A stretch of 64,000 bases of DNA from assembly GCF_009914755.1 (NCBI RefSeq), contig NC_060932.1, one strand, 5' to 3'. Below are positions 27,612 to 43,157 of this stretch, piece after piece. The number at the start of each line of letters is the position of its first letter. Within the stretch, counting starts at the first letter, position 1. Source of the DNA: the human T2T-CHM13v2.0 reference genome, Homo sapiens. The position numbers and the translations under genes are program-made. The notes beneath the pieces were generated by a model, which was not told the DNA's origin, searched no databases, and was given only the letters and a program-made list of their open reading frames with translations.

Positions 27612-28655
27612 ATGGCCCAGAAATGAATGAAATTTGGGAGACATTGCTGTCAAATTGTTAAGATTCAAATATCTAGAATCAGACTTCTTTTAATTGAAAC
27701 AACAAAACAACGCTTTGCTGGTACTACCAGCTATGAAATTACAGTAACATCTCAGAGTCAATTTTCTTATCTGTAAAGTGGGACTTAAAGATAGAGACCA
27801 TGTGGGAATAATGATGATGACAGTGACGAGGTTGACGTGTGAGCTAAAGATGGACATGCATAGAGAACAATCATTATGGAGACATAGAAGGCCTCTCATC
27901 ATATTAGCTATTAGTATGGTAATACTGAGTCATTGCTGACACAGGTCTTGAACTTGCTTCCTCTTCATTATTACCACTGTTACCCTTTTTCAGGCCTTTC
28001 ATGTCCCTACCCCCTTTGTCTTTTGCCTTGGTCCAATCCATTCTGGAAAACACAGTGAGTTTAAATCTTAAAGCATAACCAGTTGCTTCACTCCAGGCTT
28101 AAGAAACTTTACTAGCTCCACACTGCCTAGAGAACAGAATGCAAATTTCTCAATGCATATTCCTCTAATACATGAAAAACTGCAGCCTGCTTTCCCTGAC
28201 TACACCTCTACTCTACTCTCTTCCATACACAAGCTCCCAAACTCAAGCTATGCAAAGCATTCATGATTCCCCACTTCAATCCTGTTTGTATCCCTAGGTT
28301 AACCTACTTTCTCTGCCTGAAATGTCCTTCTCACTTCCCTTGGTCTGCCTTTTGAAATCTTCCCTGATCTAGATAGTCCCAGTATTGATTACACGTGGAG
28401 GATGGAGGAAACTGATGCTTGAAATGCCATAAAAACTAAGTGTATCTACAGTTGGCGTTTAACAAATGCTTTCTGGATAAAATTTAAGATGAAATAAGGT
28501 ATTCTAACAATCAGGACCCGGAATCTCTGGGTTATTTTCTCCTAATTAAGGACCATCACCCACTCTATATTTTCCACAATATTTTCACAATAATTTCACT
28601 GTAGGCGATACCTTCCTGTCTTTCCAGAAATTCTTTCCTCTGCCTAGGACCCTTT

Positions 28656-29020
28656 TTCTATGGTTTGAATGTGTTCCCCATGTTTCATGTGTTGGAAACA
28701 ATCTTCAAATTTATATGTTGGTGATATTTGGAGATGGAGTCTTTGGGAGCTAATTAGGATTAGATAAGGTCATTAAGGTGGCTCCCTGTGATGGGACTGG
28801 TGGCTTTATACAAAAAAAGAACTGAACAAGTATACACACTCTTGCCCTCTTGCCACGTGGTGCCCTCCACCATATCATGACACAGCAAGAAGTTTGTCCC
28901 CTGATGGGGCCCCTTGACCTTGGACTTCCCAGCCTCCAGAATTATAAGAAAAAAATTTTTTTTAAAATAAATTACCCAGTCTCTGGTATTCTGCTATTGT
29001 AACACAAACAGACTGACACA
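28656..29020 (+). mobile_element. MST-family MaLR solo LTR
   Basis: CTATGGTTTGAATGTG...CTTGGACTTCCCAGCCTCCAGAA...ATAAATTACCCAGTCT...CAGACTGACACA. Confidence 0.85.
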
Positions 29021-29359
29021 TTTCCTTTGCTGAAGCCCTGCTCTGCAGTGTGGAAGACACTGTGTTTTGCCTCTGGATGCTAGGGGCAGGCAGCATGTTT
29101 TTTGCTGCAAAGACACAGAATAAATTATTTATTGCCTTTCTTCAGAAAAATTCATGAGATGGGCCTATGTGTTTAGCAGATGGGCATCTGGACAAATGAA
29201 GGAAGATAGTCACCTTTTGTTAGTAAATTAAAATAGGGAAAATGGAGCAAAAGGTGTAGAGAATCCTCCTTCCTTGTTTCCTAAGTCTAGAAATCCCCCA
29301 CCCCAACCCCCCCATTTATTTTACTTATCTGAGAAAGATTTGTACTTTGGAGCTAGTGG

Positions 29360-29720
29360 ATCTGCTTGGCAGGTAATGGGCTGCCCATCCACCAGCTGCT
29401 GCCTTGGCAAAAGGCACATCACTATTGCCATGGCAACCCACAGGCAGGCAAAGGGCGCACAGCCCTGGCTGGAGGCCAAGGTAATCCAGTGGCACTGGGC
29501 TTTGTTAATAGAAAGAGAAAAGCAGGCCAGAGCCGCTTCCTTCTGCCTTTGCCAGTAGAGGCTGGACAGGAGCAGAGTGCAGAGCTAATTAACCGGCCAG
29601 ACCAGCTGTTGGCTGCCGCTTGCCAAATCCGACAAGTGGCCCAGGGTTCCTCTATTCCTAACCCTTGTCATCTTCCAGGGAGGCTGCGCCCGGGGGAAAC
29701 AAGAGCCTTTTCTCGGTGAT
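29360..29720. promoter_or_regulatory. Candidate enhancer: RFX X-box, full NFI site, SOX, homeobox and E-box motifs in non-repetitive GC-richer DNA
   Basis: ATTGCCATGGCAAC 29424-29437; CTGGC-N5-GCCAA 29465-29479; CTTTGTT 29500-29506; GCTAATTAAC 29583-29592; two CAGCTG. Function is inferred. Confidence 0.55.
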
Positions 29721-31241
29721 GTCATCTGAGTATTTGTAGAATTTCCTTTTTGTGGGAAAATTATCTGGCAAAGTATAAAGGGATTTGATTTCTCTCAGAA
29801 GACCCCTTGGCCTTGGCCTTTTGAATTTTAAAGAAAGATTTTTCTAGATGAGAAACAAATCTTTGAGTTACAGGAGGAGGTGGGTGGTGAGGGGGATGGG
29901 TTATCCATGTTTTAGGTCATGTATTAAGAGCCTAATCTAAGGCAGCTTTCACTCACGGAGGAACATTAACATTATAAAATCCCACACCAGATAAAACAAG
30001 GCAAGGCATTATCTTCAATTAGTAAAAATGGATATCTTGGAAAGGCTATGTTGCTGGGGAAAGAGAGCTAACATATTGAGTCCCCAGTATATGATAGATA
30101 GCTCATGTATACAAAATCCTTGCAAGGTGTGTTGCAGTATAACAATTGTGCAGATGAAGAAACTTAAGTCTGCAAGGCCAAGGAGCTTGCCAAGTTTGCA
30201 TAGCTGAACTGAGCTACTATGAGGCCCAGATGAGATTGAAGCCTAGCTTGGTCTACATTGCACATGTGTTCCATTGGCCTACACTGAAGTGACCACAACT
30301 ACACTCAGTATTATTGACATCCTGAAAATTTTCTGGTTTAGGAGGAATAAATAATCTGACAAAGGATTTTTAAATTTACCAATATATGCATAGTGAAATC
30401 TTTACAAAGATAAATAACAATTTAGCTTTGCACAACCTTTAAGACAATAATAATTCTAAATTGAGTCTTGTGTGTAAGGCATTTTATATACATTATCATT
30501 ATGCTCCAGAACAGGACTTCTAACCTCATTTTATGCACGAAGTAACTAAGGCTTAGAGAACTTTATGGGAGCCAGTGGGTAAAAACTACATGATAATATG
30601 ATTGATCAAACTAGAATATCTGGGACACACGGTGGCTGTATGTCTATATATTCTTGAAGTCTTAACAAGCAGGTACTTGGAATGAAGATGGGAGAGAAGG
30701 GCAGGGTTCCTGTGATTTAGCAATGGAATGAGGACAGGAGGGAGGAAGTATAGGGTATAAAACAGGCTGACTTTTTGCCCCAGAAGTCCAACGCACATTC
30801 AGAAAACTTGAAGGACTTATCTCTGAAGCTGCCTAACATTTTCCCAAATAGAAATATTAATTCCATTGAGAAAGAGGTCACGGAAGAATGGAGAAGGGGT
30901 CATAACAGAGAGAGAGATGTTCTAGTACTTTCCATGGCCTCTACTTGAAGCACTTACAGCTAGAACCATGGAGTGCTATAGCTAAGGAATGCAAGAGCAG
31001 GATTAGTATTTATCGGGGCACCTAATTAATGTCAACTGTTCTATCTTCCACGTCGTAGTTAATGCATATGGTGTCTCCATAAGATAGAAATTATAATACC
31101 CATGTCACATGTGATGAATTGAGATGCAGAAAATGATAAAGTGAGTTACTTTAAGGAGGAATTGGAGAAAGAAGACAAATCTTCTTGCCCTTAGTCATTG
31201 TTCTTTCTGGCTTTCCAGAATACCACATACAGATCCTGATA

Positions 31242-31600
31242 CACAGGCACGTGTCACTTAACCATGGGCACAGGCATGTACCATTTAACCATGGGGATAC
31301 ATTCTGAGAAATGCATCATTAGGCCATTTTGCCATTGTGTGAACATCATGGAGTGTACTTACATAAACCTAGAAGGTATGGCCTACCACACACCTAGGCT
31401 ATATGGTATAGTCTATTGCTCCCAGGCTACAAACCTCTACAGCATGTTATTATGCTGAATACTGTAGCCAATTATAACACAATGGTAAGTATTTGCATAT
31501 CTAAACACAGAAAAGGTACAGTATTATAATCTTATGAGATCACCAGGACATATATATGTCCTATTATTGACCAAAATGCCATTATGTAGCATGTAACTTT
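31242..31600. mobile_element. Tigger3a/MER7-like TcMar element with duplicated left terminus
   Basis: GGGGATACATTCTGAGAAATGCATCATTAGG...CACACCTAGGCTATATGGTATAG...CAGGCTACAAACC. Confidence 0.85.
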
Positions 31601-32131
31601 AGTTCCAAGCTCAGAAATGAGGCACAGTGATACTAGGCATGAGTTAAACTGGGCACAGGACACGGGAAGCCTAGAATGAATAGGAGTCCAGGAAAACATG
31701 CTAAGCAGTCAAGTGGAAAAGTCAATTCCCTCTTTGGTTCAAAGGTCAAGAATGAGTTTAGGAATTGAAGCCATCACTGAGTCAGGGATAAAATAAATTT
31801 AGGGATGCAGCAAGAAACAAGAAACAAAATCATAACTGAGGTGTAAAGTAGATTTTAAAGACAATATTCGTATGGACTGGCATGGTGCATGAGAGCCTGC
31901 TGCCAGGGCAAAGGGCTTGGGCAGCAGACAGACTCAGGTTTGAATATCAGCTTTGCTATTTTCAAACTTAGGCAGCATTTGCCCAATGTCAGGCTATATA
32001 TATATATATTTGTATATATATTCACACAGAATCCTCTAAGTAACCCTATGAAATAATCACGATGATCTACTTCTACAGTAGGAGTAAAAAAACTGAGGCA
32101 GGCAGAAATTAAAGAAATTGCTCACATTCCC

Positions 32132-33085
32132 TATATTGGTTACCTGATGTTGCATAAAGAATCATCCCAAAATTTAGAAGTTTAAAACAATAAATATTTA
32201 TTATCTCACATTTTCTGTGAGGTAGGAATCAAAACATGGCTTACCTGGATCTTCTGCTTCAACGTTTCTCATAAGGTTGCGTCTTTGTCTATTTTGTGTT
32301 GCTGTAACAGAATATCTGAGGCTTGGTCATTAATAAAGAAAAGAGGTTTATTTAGCTTATGTTTCTATAGGCAGAAAGTTCAAGGACATAGCCCTGGCTT
32401 CTGGTGAGGGCTTTCATGCTGTCTCATAACATGGCAAAGAAGGTCAGTGAGGAAGCAGATATGTGCAAAGAGACAAAACCCAAAGAGTGTCTTGACTTTA
32501 TAACAACTAACTCTCAAGAGAGTGTGAACTTGCTATCGTGAGAAGGGCAGCAAGCTATTCATGAAGCATCTGTCCCCATGACCCAAATACCTCCCCGCTA
32601 GACCACCTCCCAACACTGCCACATATGGGAACAAATTTCAACATGAGTTTTCATGAGCGCAAATTCAAACCTTAGAAAGGTGTAATTAAGGCGTCCTCTG
32701 AAACAGGTTACATTTGAAGGCTTTACTGGGAAAGAATCTGTTTTCAGGTTAACTCACATAGCTGCTGGAAGAATTCAATTCCTCATGGGCATTGGACTGA
32801 AGGCCCTCATTCTTCACTGGCTGTTGGTGTGAGGTACCCTCAGTTTTTTGCCACAAAGACTTCTCTCACATGACAACTTGTTTAATCAAAGCCAGCAGCA
32901 GAGAGAGTCCACTAGTAAGAAACCACAATCTTTTGTAACTTACTCAACAAAATGACAGCCCCACTATGTTGCCATATTCTGTTGGTTACAGGTAGGTTAT
33001 TCAAGAGGAAAAGATTAGAAGAAGTCCATGAATAACAGGAAATGGGGATCAACTGGGGCCATCTTAGATGCTGTCTATTTTCCCC
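32132..33085 (-). mobile_element. MLT1 (G/H-like) LTR interrupted by a younger MST-type LTR at about 32279-32676
   Basis: Outer: CCCAAAATTTAGAAGTTTAAAACAATAAATATTTATTATCTCACA...GGGGCCATCTTAGA. Inner: GTCTTTGTCTATTTTGTGTTGCTG...ATTCAAACCTTAGAA, flanked by AGGT on both sides. Confidence 0.72.
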
Positions 33086-36000
33086 CACTAGCAAGCAGCA
33101 AAGCTATGACTTGAACACAGGTATTCTGTTTCCAGAGTCCATGCTCTTAACCATTAAACTCTACAGCTACTGTGCCATGGGACCATGTGACCTGGGACTA
33201 AATAATTTACTTTGAGTCTCTGTTGTGTTTTTCTGTAGAAGATTCATTGATAATATCTGCATTTCAAGATTGTTGCTGGGATCAAATATAATGCATTCAA
33301 AATACCTAATACATTCACAGCTCCTAATGTATTGAAATGCACTCAAATGAACTGAAGTGTTGGTTAATATGGATATTGCTGTTTAATCAGAGTATCCCAG
33401 CATACCTGGGAGGATGAAGAGGGACTAGAAAACTCCTATTTTACAACATAGGAGCTATACTGACCTGTGCTGAGTCATCTCTGGCACTTTGGATTTTCCT
33501 TTTGCTTAGAAACTCCACTTAATTCCCAGTGTTTTCACTCTTCCCAGAAAGTGGGGCTGAATCTCTCTTTATAATAGGATTTCCTCTGTGACTAAAATGG
33601 ATCAAAGCCTGCATGCATGGCCTATCGATGGAACATGGTTAGGAAATCAAGACAGACTCGGAATATTTCAGAACACTCTTTTAAATTCACCCTGTCACCC
33701 TTCATTTTTCCTACCTTTATTCCTTCCCTCCTATTGCCTCACAAAGTTGGGGGAAAATAATGTACAACCCTGCCTACCTTCTGACCAACTTAAAAGCTGT
33801 TTCTCTACAGCATGCTGAGGTACATGTCCTGTTCTGCAAAAACGTACTGAATAAAGTTGCTTCATCTTGTGGAAGCTTCCACTGCTCACCATTCTGCTGT
33901 AGAGACTGTCTTACTGTTCCTCTAGAAGAAAACAATGTAATGCACTAGTTTGTGTTGAATATTTCTCTGTCACCCCATCTCTCCTCACACTTTTGTTAAA
34001 GAGTAAAAAGAAGACAATCTCCAGGTGGCAGGGAACAACGTCCTATGAAGACCTTGCAAATCTAGAACTAGTTGATCTTACCTTTACTGCTTTCACTCTT
34101 TATAGACCCCATAGAACTCCCTCCATGATGATTCCTGAGAAGCCCATATTCTCTGCATTGTTCCCTGTACCCACCCTTCACAAACACATGAGAATACAGG
34201 TGACCAAACCTGAGAAATACAATTTTTGGTCACTGCATTGGAATCAGAGTTAAAATGAAAACGTATGACTTTACAGATCCATAGAGTATGTTTTAGCTGA
34301 ATTTCTATTTTATGGATAAGAGCAACAAGAGACCTGCGTTCTAGTCCTGGTTGTTAAGCCATCAGTAGTTCATTACACAGCTTTAAGTAAAACCTTTTCC
34401 CTTACCAGAAATTAATACCCTCATCTATCAAATGGAAAGCTTTAATCGGACCCTATAAGCATCCTGGAGTTGGATTCTGAGACCATTTCTTTCTTTGCAT
34501 TTGTCCTTGAGTTTCTGTGTAAAATGTAACTTGAGGAAAACTCCTTGAATCTGTACTCTAATCTATCCTAAATATGGCAAAGCAAAGCCATTTCCTGTTA
34601 AGTTTCCTTGGAAGCATAAAAAACAGAGATTGTGACTTCTCAGCTAAGTACATTTTTTCCTCCAGACCTACTTGAGGGAGGATGCGATGGGAACACTGTG
34701 TCAGACAAAATCAAAACGTACCACACAAGTGGAGCCCTCAGCTAATCCAAACAAAATGACGGGGGTGGATGGTCAAAGTCTGAACAATTTTAATGCAGGC
34801 ATGAAGATAGGCCACACAGTTAGATCAGAATTTAAATAACCTCACTTCACATGTTGCATTTTAGAGCTCCCTTCTTGAGCCCTCAAAAAACTTCCAAATG
34901 TTTCATTTTGGGAAGCAGATGCCCCTGGAAATGAAGACCATTCCTCCATTGTCTTCTCCTTTCTCCCTTCCCCAGGGTTAACTGCTTGCTGTCCAGGACT
35001 GAGAATCCTGGCAGATGATACTTTCTCTGTAAAGACAGAAAGAGGGGCTCAATGTTTTGGCATGGCTTTCTTAGGAAGAGTGACATGGGTTTGATAAGTA
35101 ACATGCTCATGGGAGAGGCTGAGGCAGAGGGTCCCAAGTATAGACCAGGCCATGCAGATGTTTGTCAGCAACCACCCATGGCACCACCCAATCAGCCAGA
35201 CACATTAAGCCCTTCCTTGACCCCAGACACCATCCTACACACCAGGGATAAAAATGGTGAGAAAAACTGTAGTTTCACCTGGCAAAGTGGTGCCAATTCA
35301 CTTATTCAAAGTAAGAGGCGAGACCAGAAGTGGACAAGGAGTTACAAAATTAGAAGTGAGCAGCTTGTTGTGAGATGGAATGCCATATAGCAGAGCAAGC
35401 TGTTCAGAACCAAGACAGAGAATAATGTGCGGATGTTGGAGGCTCACTTCTTGCAGAATGGACTGAGTGATAAAAACAAGATTGCTTTATTTTAAAGGAC
35501 TCTGTTGGATAGAATAACGGACAGCTGACAAAGACTTGCTTTGTCTTTTGTTCTGCCAAACAGTATTCTTGAATATTTTTCAATATTCTTGAATCTTAAA
35601 ATTGTGTATTTTTAGATTGCTTCTTTTGATATCTTTATATTGATCCCCCTTCTTTCCTCTCTTTACTCTTTGGTACTCATCTTCATATATACAGTTCAAA
35701 TCAATGCCAGAATATTTGTTTAGTACCTAAAATCTGCTCCAGGTGTCTTTGTGATGACATTTTCATGGGTAGTTTAACATCAGGTACCATTTTTATAAAG
35801 GGTTTTGGTAAAAAAAAAAAAAAAAAAATACAACCAAAGGAAAGGAAATAAGACAAAAGATGACTTGAAAATGGTCATCACCTCAAAAACTTTGAAAAAG
35901 TGTCAAAGATGGTGCATGAGGAAAAGAAAATTTTAGAGATTTGGAGGCGATACTGAAGCACGGCAGCTTCTTTTGAATAAAAAATGGGATGGAAAATGAG

Positions 36001-36110
36001 TTAGGGGTTAGTCATATGAAGATGATGAGTGAGGAATCGGAAGGAGGAAACTATGGACTCAACCTGACATAAAAGGTACATACAAAAACAGATGCATGGG
36101 TGGAGGGGGT

Positions 36111-37134
36111 GGGGGTGGAGCCAAGATGGTCGAATAAGAACAGCTCCAGTCTGCAACTCCCAGCGTGAGCGACACAGAAGATGGGTGATTTCTGCATTTC
36201 CAACTGAGGTACAGGGTTCACCTCACAGGGGAGTGCCGGACAGTGGGTGCAGGACAGTGGATGCAGCGCACCGTGTGTGAGACAAAGCAGGGTGAGGCAT
36301 CGCATCACCTGGGAAGCGCAAGGGGTCAGGGAATTCCCTTTCCTAGTCAAAGAAAGGGGTGACAGACGGCACCTGGAAAATCGGGTCACTCCCACCCTAA
36401 TACTGTGCTTTTCCAACAGGCTTCACAAACGGCACACCAGGGGATTATATCCCACACATGGCTCAGAGGGTCCTATGCCCACAGAGCCTCGCTTATTGCT
36501 AGCACAGCAGTCTGAGATCAAACTGCAAGGCGGCAGCGAGGCTGGGGGAGGGGTGCCCGCCATTGCTCAGGCTTGAGTAGGTAAACAAAGCCAAAGGGAA
36601 ACTCGAATGGGGTGGAGCCCAACGTAGCTCAAGGAGGCCTGTCTGCCTCTGTAGACTCCACCTCTGGGGGCAGGGCACAGACAAACAAAAGACAGCAATA
36701 ACCTCTGTAGACTTAAATGTCCCTGTCTGACAGCTTTGAAGAGAGTAGTGGTTCTCCCAGCACGCAGCTTGAGATCTGAGAATGGGCAGACTGCCTCCTC
36801 AAGTGGGTCCCTGACCCCCGAGTAGCCTAACTGGGAGGCACCCCCAAGTAGGGGCAGACTGACACCTCACACGGCCAGGTACTCTTCTGAGACAAAATTT
36901 TCACAGGGACGATCAGGCAGCAGCATTTGTGGTTCACCAATATCTGCTGTGCTGCAGCCTCAGCTGCTGATACCCAGGCAAACAGGGTCTGGAGTGGACC
37001 TCCAGTAAACTCCAACAGACCTGCAGCTGAGGGTCCTGACTGTTAGAAGGAAAACTAACAGAAAGGACATACACACCAAAAACCCATCTGTACGTCACCA
37101 TCATCAAAGACCAAAGGTAGATAAAACCACAAAG
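36111..37134 (+). promoter_or_regulatory. L1 5'UTR internal sense/antisense promoter (CpG-decayed)
   Basis: YY1 core CAAGATGG near 36122. Retains the 129-bp segment at about 36885-37013 that younger L1s lack. Confidence 0.8.
36423..36563 (-). pseudogene. L1 antisense ORF0, truncated to 46 aa
   Basis: Manual translation MAGTPPPASLPPCSLISDCCASNKRGSVGIGPSEPCVGYNPLVCRL*. The remaining ORF0-like peptide (IRVGVTRFSRC) is in ORF 36051..36416. Confidence 0.8.
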
Positions 37135-38148
37135 ATAGGGAAAAAAGAGAGCAGAAAAACCGGAAATTCTAAAAATCAGAGCGCCTCTCCTCCTCCAAAG
37201 GAATGCAGCTCTTCAGCAACGGAACAAAGCTGGATGGAGAATGACTTTGACAAGTTGAGAGAGGAAGGCTTCAGAAGATCAAACTACTCCGAGCTAAAGG
37301 AGGAAGTTCAAACCAATGGCAAAGAAGTTAAAAATTTTGAAAAAAAATTAGACGAATGGATAACTAGAATAATCAATGCAGAGAAGTCCTTAAAGGACCT
37401 GATGGAGCTGAAAACCACTGCATGAGAACTACGTGACAAATGCACAAGCCTCAGTAACTGATGCGATCAACTGGAAGAAAGGGTATCAGTGATGGAAGAC
37501 AAAATGAATGAAATGAAGCGAGAAGAGAAGTTTAGAGAAAAAAGAATAAAAAGAAACGAACAAAGCCTCCAAGAAATATGGGACTATGTGAAAAGACCAA
37601 ATCTATGTCTGATTGGTGTACCTGAAAGTGACGGGGAGAATGGAACCAAGTTGGAAAACACTCTGCAGGATATTATCCAGGAGAACTTCCCCAATCTAGC
37701 AAGGCAGGCCGACATTCAAATTCAGGAAATACAGAGAACACCACAAAGATACTCCTCGAGAAGAGCAACTCCAAGACACATAATTGTCAGAGTCACCAAA
37801 GTTGAAATGAAGGAAGAAATGTTAAGGGCAGCCAGAGAGAAAGGTCGGGTTACCCTCAAAAGGAAGCTCAACAGAATAATAGCAGATCTCTCGGCAGAAA
37901 CGCTACAAGCCAGAAGAGAGTGGGGGCCAATATTCAACATTCTTAAAGAAAAGAATTTTCAACCCAGAATTTCATATCCAGCCTAACTAAACTTCATAAG
38001 TGAAGGAGAAATAAAATCCTTTATGGGCAAGCAAATGCTGAGAGATTTTGTCACCACCAGGCCTGCCCTAAAAGAGCTCCTGAAGGAAGCGCTAAACATG
38101 GAAAGGAACAACCGATACCACCTGCTGCAAAATCATGCCAAATTGTAA
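37135..38148 (+). pseudogene. L1 ORF1p, inactivated
   Basis: Start codon reads ATA (37135-37137). In-frame stops at about 37423, 37459 and 37984. Peptides match ORF1p (EIWDYVKRPNL, ARREWGPIF). Confidence 0.92.
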
Positions 38149-38211
38149 AGACCATCAAGGCTAAGAAGAAACTGCATCAACTAATGAGCAAAATAACCAG
38201 CTAACATCATA

Positions 38212-42040
<3,829 letters not shown>

Positions 42041-42309
42041 ACAATGAGAACACATGGACACAGGAATGGGAACATCACACACGGGGGACTGTTGTGGGGT
42101 GGGAGGAGGGGGGAGGGACAGCATTAGGAGATATACCTAATGTAAATGACGAGTTAATGGGTGCAGCACACCAACATGGCACATGTATACATATGTAACA
42201 AACATGTACGTTGTGCACATGTACCCAAAAACTTAACGTATAATAATAAAAATAAAAATAAATAATAATAATAATAAATAAATAAAAATAAAAAAACAGA
42301 TGCGCAATG

Positions 42310-42790
42310 CTGTCATAAGTTGACTTGGGAAGTAGGATGCTTCCACATAAACACAGCTTGAGAAATAATGTGACATGTGACCCCTGTGCTGCACATTGGA
42401 TTGGCCACCCACATCTGCCTTTAGGGAAGTACCTGTAGCCCCAGCAATAAGCCCTTTTATGAACTGCCTCAGTTCATGATTATATTCACCTCACTCAAGG
42501 TCGTACTCCTTCTTAGGATAGCCTAGATTTAATGACTGAACAATGTGGGACTATAAAGGCCTCACTCAACCTTAAAGAACTCTGGATGTCTATTCTAGTG
42601 CCTTCATATTTTATCTGGTCAGCTTAGGCTTTTGAGACTCTATTGCAGCTTGACTTTTTCCTCTGCCATTCTATATTTTTTTCTTTCTCATCAACAAGTA
42701 TTGATTCCAAGGACATGACTTAAAATACTCTGTATGCCTACTCTAACTCTGACAACCTACTTCCCAGGAAATCCAATTTGCGGCATCATC
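42310..42790. mobile_element. Old ERVL LTR (LTR16-like)
   Basis: Terminal CTACTTCCCAGGAAATCCAATTTGCGGCA and internal CCCTGTGCTGCACATTGGATTGGCC resemble the LTR16 family; highly diverged. Confidence 0.45.
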
Positions 42791-42793
42791 AAA

Positions 42794-43157
42794 TGCACTG
42801 GATTGAATGTTCATTTTCCCCAAAAACTCTCATTTTAAAATCCTAATCCCTAAGGTGATGGTAAGAGGAGGTGGGACCTTTGGCAGGTGATTAGGTTATA
42901 AGAGAATGAGATTACCAACCTTATGAAAGAGACCACGGAGTAATCTCTTACCTTCCACCATATGAGGTAACAGTGAGAAGAAGGTAGCCGTCTATGAGAA
43001 AGCCGGACATCATCAGACACCAAATGTGTCAGTGCTTTGAAGTTGGACTTCCCAGGTTCCAGACACAGGTTCCAGAAATGTGAGAAAAAAAAGCTCTGCT
43101 GTAAATAAGCCACCAAGTCTATGGTATTTTGTTATACAGCCTGAACAAACCAACACA
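42794..43157 (+). mobile_element. MLT1A0-like MaLR solo LTR
   Basis: GGATTGAATGTT...AAATCCTAATCCCTAAGGTGATGGTA...GGACTTCCCAG...GCCTGAACAAACCAACACA. Confidence 0.83.

Noticed and set aside
29274-29719. Overlapping 94-aa and 117-aa ORFs
   Set aside because: They use non-ATG starts and show no recognisable homology; local GC content explains them.
34018-34033. CTCF-like motif TCTCCAGGTGGCAG
   Set aside because: Only a partial match to the core, which is expected by chance at this window length.
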